This document shows positions 12,132 to 25,665 of a stretch of 49,374 bases of DNA, piece by piece. This DNA is from Girardia tigrina (taxonomy: Eukaryota), in NCBI GenBank assembly GCA_001938485.1, contig MQRK01232013.1, positions 1-49,374 on the forward strand. Reading direction: 5' to 3'. Under the pieces are notes generated by a model. That model made no database searches and had not been told where the DNA came from. It saw nothing but the letters and a program-made list of their open reading frames with translations. A program made the translations under genes and the position numbers. The stretch's first letter is position 1. Every line of letters begins with the position of its first letter.

Positions 12132-13045
12132 CTGAATTATTTTATTAATAATAATTTTAAAATTGATTTAATTCATATTACATGTTATTATAATTAATAA
12201 AATACTAATTTTATTTGTTTATTATTTTTATTATTAATTTTAAATAACTTAAACATGTTTAATTTTATTTGATTTAATTTTTTTTAATTGCTATCGAATG
12301 TAAAATGGTATTAATCTCAATTTTTGAAAATCGTTTTAGTGAAATACTAAAGACAACGACAAGAAAGTCAAGATAGATAAGTTTATTTTTATTAATAAAT
12401 AAACCCTACTGTAAATACCACTTCAAAATAGCGGTTTTAAAAGTTTAAAACTCAACTCAATGCTTCAGTAATTCTTTTAAAATCGCATATTATGTTTGGA
12501 ATAATTTAGAGTAATTTTACATATTAAATACTAATGTTTTGGAAGTCCGTGAATTGCCCCCAGAGAACTGCCGAATTTAAGAATCTCTAATAGAGTGCAG
12601 TTGTAATGTTAATTTTGGGATCTAAAAATTTGTAATATATAATGCTCTACATGTCACTCTCAATAATTCTTAAATTGAGTGTTTAGAATTTCAAAGTCTT
12701 GAATATTTCTGTCCCCTTTACAATATTTTAAGCTCAGTAATATTACTCCTACCTTTATTACGACCGAGTTCATTGATTCTCTTACATATATGACGTAAAG
12801 TCTCTCTTATGTATGTGACATCACACATTTTATATTAAATGAAATCCAACCACAATTCTTACAATTTGGAAATTTAATGTCGAGTATTCATGGCGGTCCA
12901 AAAAATTTCGAAAAAAACGTTTCTTTATATAAAAGGCGAAATAGTAAGTTTTGTCTGGTAAATCTAAATCTTATAACAACCGTTTTTTATCTCAATTAAC
13001 AGATCAAGAAAAATGTAACAAAATGTAATAAGCAAACAGAGAGTA

Positions 13046-13935
13046 AACTAGTAAATCAAAAAGTTTTTTCATATCCATTCTTTATGCGGACAGAACTCTA
13101 CTTGGCCAAGAGAATTTTTTATCTTTTGTAGAAGGGAAAAATACTATTACATTTACTTTTTAGCGCAATTTCCATACTGACAATTGCGATTATTAATTGG
13201 TTATTTCTGTCTGGATTGATGGATGGATGTGTGTCCGCAGCTTTAAGTCATATCTCCTCCTCAACGAAGCAATATCGAGGGCTAGTTCCAAAAGCAAATA
13301 TGTTAAGCAAGTTCGGAGGATGATTGTGGTCCAAAAAAATTCCCGGAATTCCTTCCTGGATTTCCCGGAAAAGCCAAAAAACCTCGAAAAAATGCAGTTT
13401 TTGGCCTATATCTCGGCAACCAGACCACTTNNNNNNNNNNNNNNNNNNNNNNNNNNNNNNNNNNNNNNNNNNNNNNNNNNNNNNNNNNNNNNNNNNNNNN
13501 NNNNNNNNNNNNNNNNNNNNNNNNNNNGTTCGGTCACAAAAAATTAATCATAGTCAAATACTGATATAAACGTTTTAATATTTGGGCACCGAATAACATA
13601 AGGAAATTGAGCTTAAATTGTCACTAGACTTTTTATTAACTTGTTTATTTTTACTTTTTTTGCATAATATAAACTATTTATAATTTATAAGTAGATCACT
13701 TTCAATTAATATTGTTCTGAAACTCCGATTTGGCCGTTTTTTTTTCATTCTTGGACCTAAGAAAATGTTTTTTTTATCAAATTTTCACATTATCATTTAT
13801 TGTCATCGAAAATGAGTAAGTGTGCAAAATTTGGAGAAAATTGATTGAGTAAAAAGCCTTCAAAAATAGATTCCTAAATTCCATTGATACATATATGTGT
13901 ATATAGAAAATTAGGTAATAAAAAGAATGGAAAAA
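13046..13935 (-). mobile_element. HINE-like family A, copy 2 (contains a family B insert)
   Basis: AACTAG...TCCATTCTTT at left, AAAGAATGGAAAAA at right; shared body with other A copies. Confidence 0.65.
13157..13645 (+). mobile_element. DINE-1/HINE-like family B, copy 1
   Basis: Sub-terminal inverted repeats GCGCAATTTCC / GGAAATTGAGC, short GGAT microsatellite, 3' end CTTGTT, inserted in a T-run; near-identical inverse copy at 34733-35148. Confidence 0.7.
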
Positions 13936-14123
13936 TAGTCATACTGCATGAGTACGCAAGCCAATATCAATAAGAAACGACAGATTTTGTCAGTTTACTT
14001 ACTATGTCTTAACAGTTCAAAAGTAGAGGGAGAGAGACATCATTACAAGTGGAAAGAAGTAAAGTTTGGCCAAAATGAAACCGCCAGCCATCACCTTTTT
14101 CAATCAAAGTAATGTATATTAAC

Positions 14124-15229
14124 TAGAGATGTGCCGGAATCAGGCTCAAATCCGACCGGAGCCGGTTTTCGGCCTTTTTTATAAATCCGGCTCCGGTTCC
14201 GGCCATAATTTCGCCACGTTGTGTCGGATTTTGTAAGGGTATAGAGATGTACAAACAAGTATAAAAACAAAATTTAGAAAAAAATAAAAAAAGTCGGTAC
14301 ATTTTAGAAAAAAAATGAAAAAATCAAGTAAAATTTAGAAAAAAAAATAAAGTCAATTTTAGAAAATTTTCAGTTTTTTTCTAAAATTTACTGGAATTTT
14401 TCATTTTCTCTAAATTTTACTTCAATTTTTTGAGTCATTAGGCATATTTACATATATATTTCCTAAATTTAGTCAACACTAATAAAGAAATAAACAATTC
14501 AGGTACACCGATTAATTTTTTTTCAATAAACTATATTGTATTTCAAAGAATAACAATTGAATTTCAAAATCGTAAATTGCATTTTGTCCAATATGACGGC
14601 TGTAAATGCCAGTGTACTGCTTTCTTTTAATACTATTGAGAATGTTCATTCAACAAGTTATACATTGAATTCCTGCTCTAACACCACATCAACGGAGTCT
14701 CTTAAACCACCAACTAAGAAATCACAAGTTAAGAGCTCTATACTTTGGGACTGTGTTGATGAGATCGTCCAGTCAACATCCACTGAGCAACAGCACATAT
14801 ATGCAGGCATCGAGTCAGAATTATGCCAGTACGTGTTTGAACCCGTGGTCTCACGGACAGAAGATCCACTGAAATGGTGGAAATATAATAAAGAGTGATT
14901 TTCTAGTTCAGCTAAAGTAGCTCGAGTGTACCTGGGATCACGTCCGACTAATGCACCATCTGAACGATTATTTAGTGTGGCAAAGTGAAGTAATCAGTGA
15001 TCACAGCAGTAGACCCATTCTAGAAAATGCTTCAAGACTATTTTTTTGAAGTAAAATTTTGATTTAATAAAAAAATTTAATAAAATATTTCAAATAATTA
15101 TTGGTACTTATTTATTATTTGCAATTCATTTTTCTAGTAGGTACAATTTCCAGCTATTCTTAAAAATTTTCTTTAATTTAGCATAAGTAGCTACTTACTT
15201 AAACTCGTCACAAATCCGGCACATCCCTA
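14124..15229 (+). mobile_element. hAT deletion derivative
   Basis: TIRs TAGAGATGTGCCGGA / TCCGGCACATCCCTA, perfect 8-bp TSD ATATTAAC, dimerisation-domain remnant DPLKWWK...PSERLFS (about 14800-15000). Confidence 0.93.
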
Positions 15230-15416
15230 ATATTAACCGATCATTATAAAAATATGCATACCGTCAGTTAGTCATCAAAATTAAATTTTTCAAACAATTT
15301 AATTCAAAGTTCAAAAGTGATCAAATCAAAAATATAATTTAATTCATAATAATTGACTGAAATAAACATACAACGGAAAGTATAAAGATATAATTTCAAA
15401 ATAAAAATATGTTTAC

Positions 15417-15551
15417 TTTTAGAACTGAGGAAGATTCAATGTCTATTTTGGAAACAAAAAAATCATCTTTTAATGGAAAAGAGAATTTCGGATCGATGTT
15501 GGTAAGATGTCCGTATTTGTTGGAAAACAACTCGGCTTTCAGAATCTCAGC
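15417..15551 (-). CDS. PIK3C3: Vps34 exon 14
   Basis: AEILKAELF...FPLKDDFFVSKIDIESSSVLK, phase 0/0, joins SSLAP. Confidence 0.9.
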
Positions 15552-15597
15552 CTGTGGATCTTTATTCATTTCATAATTCAATCAAAAAATATTTCAC

Positions 15598-15714
15598 CTT
15601 TTGAAGTGCTCTCTGACATTTCGGTGAAATGTTTCTAACAAGCCGAGTTAGATCATTAACAAAGTTGATTTGTGAAGTAATGTTCGCACTGTTTTCGCGG
15701 GATTTTATATCACC
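15598..15714 (-). CDS. PIK3C3: Vps34 exon 13
   Basis: GDIKSRENSANITSQINFVNDLTRLV...LQK, phase 0/0. Confidence 0.88.
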
Positions 15715-15844
15715 CTAAAAAGAATATTTTGATTATATTCTCTTAAGATTTGAGAGATAATATATTCATGCATAAAAGTTGATAGAAAAAAATAAAGCCA
15801 TTTTAACCACATAGAAAGAAAAAAAAGAAAATCATTTTATTTAC

Positions 15845-16012
15845 ATGTTCCATAGCCAATTTAAATCTTTCATAAACATGACGAAACATCGACATGATAT
15901 CATTTCTTGATGGAAGATCGTCCTCCAATTCCAATTTCAAAAACCAGTAAAAATATGAAGATAATTTTCGATTATCTTTACAACGACGAATCAAGAAAGT
16001 AGCCAGATCCTC
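15845..16012 (-). CDS. PIK3C3: Vps34 exon 12 (helical domain)
   Basis: EDLATFLIRRCKDNRKLSSYFYWFLKLE. Confidence 0.93.
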
Positions 16013-16133
16013 CTGAAGAAATTAAAAATAAACTTTTAACTATCAACAATTATTAAAATGCATTTTTTATAAAATTTATTATTTATTTAATAAATGTTGC
16101 AGAATGTAATGTGCTATTTTTATTTCATCGTTG

Positions 16134-17460
16134 ACTAGTAAATCAAAAAAAAATTTTAATCCATTTTTATGCAACTAGAACTCTATTTGGCCAACAAGAT
16201 TTTTTTGTAATCTTTTGTAGAAGGGTAAATTACTATTACATTTTTTAATAAATTTTATATGTTATTAGTAGATATTTAAATCTTTTGTAGAAGGGAAAAA
16301 TGCCTTCAAAAATAGGTTTCTAAATTCCATGTTATATTATTATTAAGAATATTATTAAGAACATTTATATATTATTAAGAACATTTAGACAAGTCTCGTT
16401 TGAATTTTTATTACAATGACATTTAGAGTCATTAAGACTCTTAGAAAGTTTTTCATCGTTTGTCATAATTCTAATTGGTTTTCTTATTTCAATTTTTAAT
16501 CCTGATTATTCGAACAATTTTTCTAAGTCATTTTTTTAAAATATTTAACTTCTAAAAAATATTAATTAAAAATAATAATTTTAACCATTTCTCAATAAAA
16601 CTCAAAATAATAAAAATGTTATCAAATTATTAAAAATGCATTTAATTTAAATTTTACTAAAAAATATTAAACTTAATTTTAATTGTTAAATTAAAATATG
16701 AACTTATCAAATGATTATTTAATTATGTTCGAATAGTCAATCACTTTAAATTTAATAAAAAAAAATACCAATTTCCATCTGGGTGGGAGAATCACCATTC
16801 TAAATTCAATATACTTAAATCAACATACAGCATCCATACATTTACACGTTCAAACAATTTAAAATATTCCTCATATATATATATATATATNNNNNNNNNN
16901 NNNNNNNNNNNNNNNNNNNNNNNNNNNNNNNNNNNNNNNNNNNNNNNNNNNNNNNNNNNNNNNNNNNNNNNNNNNNNNNNNNNNNNNNNNNNNNNNNNNN
17001 NNNNNNNNNNNNNNNNNNNNNNNNNNNNNNNNNNNNNNNNNNNNNNNNNNNNNNNNNNNNNNNNNNNNNNNNNNNNNNNNNNNNNNNNNNNNNNNNNNNN
17101 NNNNNNNNNNNNNNNNNNNNNNNNNNNNNNNNNNNNNNNNNNNNNNNNNNNNNNNNNNNNNNNNNNNNNNNNNNNNNNNNNNNNNNNNNNNNNNNNNNNN
17201 NNNNNNNNNNNNNNNNNNNNNNNNNNNNNNNNNNNNNNNNNNNNNNNNNNNNNNNNNNNNNNNNNNNNNNNNNNNNNNNNNNNNNNNNNNNNNNNNNNNN
17301 NNNNNNNNNNNNNNNNNNNNNNNNNNNNNNNNNNNNNNNNNNNNNNNNNNNNNNNNNNNNNNNNNNNNNNNNNNNNNNNNNNNNNNNNNNNNNNNNNNNN
17401 NNNNNNNNTATATATATATATATATATATAGAAAGTAAGTTAATAAAAAGAATGGAAAAA
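16134..17460 (-). mobile_element. HINE-like family A, copy 3 (interrupted, with (TA)n gap)
   Basis: ACTAGTAAATC... left end; (TA)n and AAAAGAATGGAAAAA right end. Confidence 0.55.
16370..16870. repeat. Unclassified ~500-bp dispersed repeat, copy 1
   Basis: Same-orientation homologue at about 36126-36633 (shared CCAATTTCCATCTGGGTGGGAGAATCACCATTC). Confidence 0.8.
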
Positions 17461-18546
17461 TAAGAAAATTTAAGAAAAATAACATTTTTTGTTTGATAAT
17501 ATTTGCCCCATATTACGATTTATTAAACAAGGATTTCGAAATTATTCCCCGGGTAAAAATAATTTTTCTGAACCGATTTTCAAACCCTTCAATTAAAGCT
17601 TATACAATCTCAGTAGATATTGAATCTTGTTTGCGAATAATGGCCTGTTTCAAGTAAAAAAAGAGATGCTGGAGCATTCTTGAAAACATTATCCTTAAAA
17701 AAAATCAAAGAAAGAAATCGCAAAACGAAAATCAATGATAACATTTTTAAAATTGTTACTTTTAATTTTTTATGTATTTTTTCAACTTTATTATTCATTT
17801 ATAACGATTTAAATTTGATTTAAATTAGTCCATTTAAAAAAAACAGAGAATCTTCAAGCACCAATAACATAGAATCTTTAAATTAGCATAATTAAAAAGT
17901 GTTTCAAAAACGATAGAAAAAAAACGTCAGAGAAAATACCAAGACGGTTAGAACGGACGAAAATAAGAAAAAGTGTCGGTAGATCTTCGAATCGCAGCTC
18001 TTAACATTTAATCGAAAATTATTGAAGTGATTGACCATAAATGACCTGTTTTAGCAACTTTGATCTGAAGTTTACGGTTTATTTATATCCAACAGCCGCT
18101 CTCGAACCTGCATGAAATTATTAAAATCAATAGGAGCTGTTAGGATGGTCTTCACCAGTTGACTCCTGAGTAAGTGCATAAGCTTGTTGAACTCTGCAGA
18201 CAATTTCTCGCACATCCTTGGGATTTCCGTTTTGTGAAGCAAATAGCGACATGCAACGAATAATGGATTTATTTTTTTAATCCAAATATAGAAAATCTAT
18301 AGTTACATCCTGGTCAACCAGTTGTACCTGTTTCAGAACGTGACTAGTTTGATAACAAGATCATGTTTTGTGTTTGGTGGAACTTTGAAGGTTGGATGCA
18401 TTTTGAGTTATTTTATTTCGTATTTTCAACGGTTGTAAAGTATGCATGATGTTAAGAGCAAGCGATATATAGCAATGATTAATCGAAAACGAGTCTTATT
18501 ACAGCAAAACAATGCTTCTTCGCACACTACGGCTTAACAAAACTAA

Positions 18547-19825
18547 AACTAGTAAATCAAAAAAAATTTATATCCATTCTTTTTGCTGGGAGAACTAAAT
18601 CTTTTCCAAGAGAATTTTTTATGTTCTTTTGTAGAAGGCAAAATTACTATTACATTTATTAATATTTATTAATACTTTTTATAGGGTTTTTCGATCTTTC
18701 ATAAAATTCTTGCAACCATTAATAAAACTGATGCAATCATCAATAAAACTGTTGCAATCATTAATAATATTATTTTAATCATTAATAAACTTTGCAATTA
18801 CTTTTCAAATTACTCGATAATAAATAATAATAAAAATAATAAATAATTAAAGAACACATTTCTTGCATATGTTTTTAATGCACACTTGTTTTTTTAGTGA
18901 AACAGAAGATGATATAAAATATAAATATATAAAATACAATGAAAAGTAAAAATATGAAACATAAAAGACAAGAGAAAAAGCAATATTTATCACATAAAAT
19001 TTATGCCAGGGGATGGAATATCCATAGACATACATTTTGCCTTGATATCAAGAAGGCATAACTTAAAATTTTCTCCAGTTACAGCAAAATCGAATATTCT
19101 GTTATATATCATGCGATATTTGTTCCTTGCTGCCACAACCGAAATATTTCTGCTTCTTGCAACTGGAACAGATACATATGAAGAGTTTCCAATCAATGAA
19201 CTACATTCATTCGGACAATGAATTACAGCAAAACCCATTTTGTAAAGAAAAATAAATATTTTGTATTCCAAGATCGATTCTAATTCTTGAAATCTAGCTG
19301 CATATATCTTTTTTCTTTTGTTGTCTCTCTGTTTCTTATTTCTGGGATGGGTAACAAGCATTTTAAAGAATATATAATTTTGTTTACTAATTGTTTGTAG
19401 TTTCACATTTTTATTCAATTTTCTATCATGATGAATTATTTATTATCGAGTATTTTGAAAATTAATTGTTGAAATGATTAAAATAATTTTATTAAAGATC
19501 GCAACAGTTTTATTAATTTTTGCAAAACTTTTATTAAAGATCGAAAAACCCTATATCTTTACTTTTTTGTGTAATATAAACTACTTATAATTTAAAGGTA
19601 GATCTTTTTCAATTAATATTGCTCGGGAACTCCGAATTTTCCGCTTTTTCCTATTTTGGGACCTTAAAAAGTTTTTTTTTCGATCAAATTTTCACATAAT
19701 CATTTATTGTCATCAAAAATGAGTAAGTGTGCAAAGTTTGAAGAAAATTGATTGAGTAGAAGGCCTTCAAAAACAGGTTTCTAAATTCCATGGATACATA
19801 TATCGAATAAAAAGAATGGAAAAAA
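18547..19825 (-). mobile_element. HINE-like family A, copy 4 (contains the IS630-like insert)
   Basis: Both termini present; body resumes near 19557. Confidence 0.65.
18684..19551 (-). mobile_element. IS630/Tc1-superfamily deletion derivative
   Basis: TA flanks, long TIRs GGGTTTTTCGATCTTT; ORF 18990-19418 with MGFAV..G..VPVARSRNISVVAA motif reminiscent of IS630-like DDE transposases. Confidence 0.75.
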
Positions 19826-20094
19826 TAAGATCTGGCATTTGATATGTTGCCCGACTCCACTTATAATTCCCCCTTGCTCCGTCAGATTTTTATTTGTTTT
19901 GATCAATGATTCACTTTTGGCGTGGTTGAAACTTTTGAACAGCTGATAATGTTGAAATTAGATGTAGATATTTCTTTGTTTCCAAAGATCAGGCCTCGTA
20001 TCCCATTGGGATAGAAGAGAGAAATCATACTTTGTCGAATAAATAAATAATTTTACGTTTATTGAATGTCAACTTAATTAGCTTGATTGAATCA

Positions 20095-21390
20095 TTAGGT
20101 TGAGGAATAAGTTCCCGCCGTTTTTTGAATTTTTAATCAATTTAATATTTAAATCAAATTTTTTGATGTAATGTTATATGTTATTTGAAAGTTATTATTT
20201 TGCTCTAAAAAATGGTGTATTTTGTTTTTTTATTCAGATAAATTTTTGTCGATTTTTAGACCATTGAAATGGAGTGTCAAGTCGACAAAAATGAGCATTT
20301 CCGACACCATCTATTCTTTGCATATAATCGAGGCGCCAAAGCCGCAGACGCTGCCCGAGAGCTTTGTGCTGTATACGGAGAAGGTGCTATAGCTGATAGA
20401 ACTGCTCGTGATTGGTTCGCAAAATTTAAAATTGGTAATTTTGACCTCAAGGATGCACCTCGTTCAGGACGACCAAATGAATTCGATGAAGAGCGTTTGA
20501 ACAAACTTTTGCATGAAGACGCGCGTCAAACCACTCGAGAATTGGCGGAACAAATGGATTGTGATCAAAAAAACTGTCGTGAACCACCTGAAATCAATGG
20601 GAAAAGTTCAAAAATGGGAGCTTGGGTCCCACATCTTTTGACCGAAAACAACAAAAACCAGCGATCCACAATTTCGGCGAGTTTGCTTGTCCGTCATCGC
20701 TCTACTCACGGCCATAAGCAACAATTTCTTTATCGCATTGTAACGGGTGATGAAAAATGGTGCCTGTACGTCAACATAAAATAGCGCAAAGAATGGCGTA
20801 GCCGAGAAGAACAATCGACACCGCGAGCAAAACAGGATTTTCATCCACGATAGACAATGCTATGCGTTTAGTGGGGTTGGGAAGGGATTATTCATTATGA
20901 ATTGCTTCCTCGAAACCAAACAGTGAACGCAGAACTTTATGTTCAACAGCTGCATAGACTCAACGCCGCTATAAGACAAAAACATCCGGATCGATAATAT
21001 GGCGTTATTTTGCAACACGATAATGCACGTCCTCATATTGCCAGAATGACAAAAGAAGCCATTCAAACGCTTGGTTGGGAAGTGTTACCGCACCCTCCGT
21101 ATTCACCTGACTTGGCTCCATCTGATTTTCATCTTTTCCGTTCNNNNNNNNNNNNNNNNNNNNNNNNNNNGTTCAACAATGATGGAGAACTGCAAGTTTG
21201 GTTGGCTGAATTCTTCGAGTCAAGACCGGGCGATTTCTACCAAAGAGGCATTGAAAAACTCGTTGAACGTTGGAAAGAAGTCGTGAACAATGGCAGAGAT
21301 TATATTTGTGATTAATTTGTAGTAACTTTTTTGTTAAAAAATAAAATTTTAATTTTTCAAAAAACGGCGGGAACTTATTCCTCAACCCAA
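20095..21390 (+). mobile_element. Full-length mariner (DD34D), transposase pseudogene 20269-21315
   Basis: About 30-bp TIRs TT(A/G)GGTTGAGGAATAAGTTCCCGCCG; [20 protein letters not shown] and [13 protein letters not shown]; frameshift and stops. Confidence 0.95.
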
Positions 21391-21643
21391 TAGTTGTTAT
21401 TGTTTCATGATGTAAATATAATATCAATATTACTCATAATGTGCATTAAGATCGGACAAAAAATATTGAACTTACTATTAGTCAATAATAATTTCTTAAA
21501 AATATCTCATCGAATTAATAGTGAAAAATAATAATTTGCAATTAAAATTTTCTCCTGAATAATTAGTAATTAAATTAGTGGAACCCATTTGCAGGGATTA
21601 TTAAACTAATTACAAAAATAAAATAATAACCAAAATAACTAAC

Positions 21644-21871
21644 TCCAATATGCAAGCTATATTTATTAGAGGATATGGACGCATGAAATGATTTGGGAGC
21701 CACCATCGAATACATGGACTCTTCAAGATTCGTTTGTAATGTTTGCAAATCCCCCATGATACCCGATTGGTCAATAAATTGTTTTTCATCTCCAGGTTCA
21801 ACACAAAAGATCTCCTCAAAACATTCATATCGAAGAGCTTGAACCAATTGAAACAGATAGAGGAACAATTC
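21644..21871 (-). CDS. PIK3C3: Vps34 exon 11
   Basis: ELFLYLFQLVQALRYE plus variable insert; donor at 21643 gives phase 0 (3' boundary less certain). Confidence 0.88.
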
Positions 21872-21927
21872 CTATTAAAAAATTAAAACATTATTGGGAA
21901 TGATAAAAAGAAAGTTCAAATTTTCAC

Positions 21928-22113
21928 ATCATCTGTCGCCATATTTAACTTTTTAACGGCATATTTACGAACGATTTGACTAAGAAAATGAGATGTAAGC
22001 AGTTCCATCAAATACTCGGGATGAAGAGCCGGCCATTTCATAAGAATGTCATTCACTTGGTCAGTGTGGCCCTGGTACTCCCATTTCACTGCCCTCATTA
22101 CCTTTGATAAGGC
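21928..22113 (-). CDS. PIK3C3: Vps34 exon 10 (helical domain)
   Basis: ALSKVMRAVKW...ELLTSHFLSQIVRKYAVKKLNMATDD. Confidence 0.93.
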
Positions 22114-22158
22114 CTAAAAAGTTACATAACATTACTAAATTTAAATTATCCAAAGTAC

Positions 22159-22254
22159 AGTCGGAGCCATATCCGAAACATAGTATCGATATTTCCATAT
22201 GAGATCACTTTCGTTTTCTGTCATCACGGTTATTGGAGATTGCTTTAAGATTTT
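22159..22254 (-). CDS. PIK3C3: Vps34 exon 9
   Basis: KILKQSPITVMTENESDLIWKYRYYV. Confidence 0.92.
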
Positions 22255-22645
22255 CTGGGAACAGAAAAAATAAATTTTAATGTAGAAATATATATTTTAG
22301 AATAAAATAAATAATCTCATAAAAAAGATAATGGAAATAAGGTTACTAAAACATTTGAAAACATCTGAAAGAATATTGAAAAGTTGTTTATAAAAAAATC
22401 GGGGCGCTATTTATCAAATATAACTAATTTTATCAATATTGATAGGGTCATCTCCATACAGACCTAACATAATTACTTTGATATTTAAGTTGTAAAACTA
22501 ATGTTATAATCAATAATGTCATTAGGTCATATTTGAAAGCGCTAAGTAAAGAAGTAGAGTGTGAAGTAGGAAAACTATTTTACTTATCAATTTTTCTATT
22601 TAAAATTAATTTAAAAACAGGCATGAGTTGTTTTACTGTAATTTA

Positions 22646-23889
22646 TAGGGATGCACCGGTTTCCTTTTTTAAAATCCGGCCGGTTCCGGAGCCGGTGCCG
22701 GTTTTGCAAAAAAAGAAAATAGTTGAACATTTAAAACAAACGATAATTAAATACAATACGATATACGAAACATAATGATGATGAGAAACGTATTAAATCT
22801 AAAAAATCGATAGGCTAAAAAGAAGCTTGTTTCAAAATTTTAATTTAACAGTTCATCAATCAGGCAAATGCGAATTAAATTTGAAAAACATGAGTTTTAC
22901 TGCATTTTCTTGATATAGTCGAGATCGTTGTATACGTGTTAAACACTGTTTCAGAGTTTGTTTAACTTTGGTATGTTTTCTGTCATTATTAGTAGTAGAT
23001 AAATGTGAGTAGCACTCTTGTTTATTTTCCTGGAGGCTAGCAAACTCTTGAATATTTAGGGCAAAGATGTGCCAAAATCATTTGCCTTGTATCCTGATTG
23101 TCAAAGAGCAATGTTGGTGTACATACTTTACAGATTGTGAATTGTGTCTCGGTAGGCTGTATATCAAAAAAGGTTCCACACTGGACTAGCATTTCTCTTT
23201 GGTGAATTTATAGTAATTACTGATAAAAACTGTTATGGGTCCCTATTAATTTAAGAACATAAATGCGTGAAGAAAAATGAAATATTAGTAAAACACTCCA
23301 ATATTTGAATGTTTATCGAAGGAATAAAAATGAAACAAAAAAGGATAATTTGTTTGAGTAATTTATTCGAAATGTGGTACCATTGAATCAGAGAAAATAT
23401 GTTGAAGCGGATCATTCAATCGGTGCGTTTAAACAATGCAAAATAAAAATCTAACAATAAAATTTCCTTTATAATACTATATTATAAATATATATTTACA
23501 AATTTTAACTTTGTTTCATTTAATTAATGTAATTAGAGGTTTACATAATTGTTAAATAATTGTATAAATCGATTTACTTTTATGGAAAATAATTTATTTT
23601 ATAACAAAATTAATTCAAAATGGTATCAAAATCACTGTAAGATGTCGTTTCCATAATAAAATCTGTATAACTGCATATGTAAACGCATCATTTTTGAGAT
23701 CTTATTTACCATCACTTGTTTTTTTATAATTGCATTATTAATGAGAGTTTATAATTCTTGTAAACATTGAACAAAAAACTGGCATCAAAACCGGTAGAAT
23801 TTTACCGGAGCCGAAGCCGGTATCGGAGTTGAAAAAATCACCGGATAGCCGGTTTTCCGGAGCCGGAGCCGAAAACCTGTGCATCCCTA
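22646..23889. mobile_element. Non-autonomous hAT element
   Basis: TIRs TAGGGATGCAC / GTGCATCCCTA, CCGG-rich subtermini, TSD GTAATTTA / GTAATTTG (7 of 8). Confidence 0.88.
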
Positions 23890-25088
23890 GTAATTTGTAA
23901 TTATAAATAATTTTTAGATTTCTCATGAATGGTAATAATATTCAAATACCTTACAGTCATAGACGTTACCAAAATATATAGAATGAAAAAGAAAACATCT
24001 CATAAAACTTGTTTTTTTACAGATAACCTACTTATTGCAGAGGCAGCAAAGATGTTAAATATCAAATACTAGGGGAACCCATTTCGCCAGGTCTAACGAA
24101 TTTTAAACGAATCACTTTAATCATCGGGAAATTCACACAGACAGAAATCATAATTCTATTATAGTATTAATTAGTTAAATATATTAAGAATATCTGGAAA
24201 AACGGAAAGACTTCCGATCTGCTCCCACACAAATTTAAATTAAAATTTAATTATTAAAAAATTTTCAAGTTATTTTTTTATTTATTATTATTAAAAAAAT
24301 TATTTTGAAACATTAAAATAAATCAAAAGCATTTTTAATTTTAAATAATCGTACGAAAATTCAATTTTAAAAAAATATTACTATGAGGAGATAATTAATT
24401 TTGATTTGCTGATCAAAATTTATATAGTTTTTTAAAAAAGATTATTTTGAATTAAAATCAAATTGAAAATTTTAAAAATTAATTAAGTATCTTAAATATG
24501 AATTTAAAAAACATTCTTTATTAAAATTTTTTATTAATGTTTGTAAAATATATATTTTCTAATTTTGAATTATTTTAATGATATGATTAATTAATTTAAT
24601 TATATGACTAAAAGATTAAGTATTAAATATAACGTATTTTCGAAATTTCTAAAATAATAAAATATTAAAAATGGTTTTTAAAAAAAACAATGCAAAATAA
24701 AAAAAACAGTATATAAGATTTCAGTTGAAAAACAAAATTATAAAAACAGTATAAAAGATTAAAGTAAAAAAACATATTTAAACATCAAATATTTTTTTAA
24801 AAAAATTTTAATATATTTAAAATCATTTCGATAAATATTTTTGTTTAAAAACTTTAAAAAGTTGAATGTTGTTTTGACTTGATTAGAATTATAAAGGATG
24901 AAAAATTAATTGAAAATAGAGATCAGCGGATTAATTATTAATTAGGAAAATAGTTGGAAATTATGTTTGAAAGTTGTTTTATAATAAAGATATAATTTGA
25001 GTAAAATGAATTCTGATATTGACGTCACAAATAATTCTCACAATTATAATCATAAAAAAATATTTTCTTATTTTTTTCTTTTTTTTCA

Positions 25089-25665
25089 AAAATATTTAAA
25101 TAAAAATTTATACTAATTATTAAAAAAAATAGAAACTTTTTGTTAAAATGATCTTTTACTGTTGCTATTTTTTTAATTATTTTGTAAATAATATTAAAAA
25201 AATTAATTATAAAACATAGGAAAAGCATTTATTAAATTTTTAATGCAAAAAATTTTGAAAGTTGTTTTTTTTAATTATTTTTTTAAAAAATTAAAATAAT
25301 TCAATAACAATTTTTAAATTTAAATAAATCGTACACAAAAATTTAATTTTAGAAAATTTCAAATAAAAATTATTTTAATTATTAGAAAATAGAAATTTTT
25401 TTCAAAATGATTTTTTATTGTAATTAATTTTTTAAATTATTTTTTAATAATATTAAAAAATAAAAATAAATAATGGCACAAAAAATTTAAATAAAAATAA
25501 AATCAATTATAAAAAATGTAAAAAAAACTTTTAAAAAATTTTAATGCAAAAATTTTGAAAGTAGTTTTTTTTAATTATTTTTTAAAAAAATTAAAATAAA
25601 TCAAAAATTTTTTTTAATTTAAATAATCGTACAGAAAAATTCAATTTAAAAAAAATTTTCAAATA
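25089..25665. repeat. AT-rich tandem duplication, unit about 270-300 bp; partial third copy near 24260-24375
   Basis: Repeated ...TTTTAATGCAAAAA(A)TTTTGAAAGT...AATCGTAC... blocks. Confidence 0.7.

Larger units (their letters stand above)
17850..20060 (+). mobile_element. Old degraded mariner split by nested insertions (18547-19825)
   Basis: KIMFCVWWNFEG and NRKRVLLQQNNA before the insert, LAPSDFYLF after it; resembles the 26642 element. Confidence 0.75.

Noticed and set aside
12400-12800. Possible Helitron helicase remnant on the minus strand
   Set aside because: Only faint motif echoes; too decayed to support by eye.
13197-13547. ORF nearly identical to ORF 34778-35086 (MCVRSFKSYLL...)
   Set aside because: Both lie within copies of the same non-coding HINE-like repeat; identity reflects the repeat, not a gene family.
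16871-17485. 204-aa ORF
   Set aside because: Artifact of the N gap and (TA)n tract.
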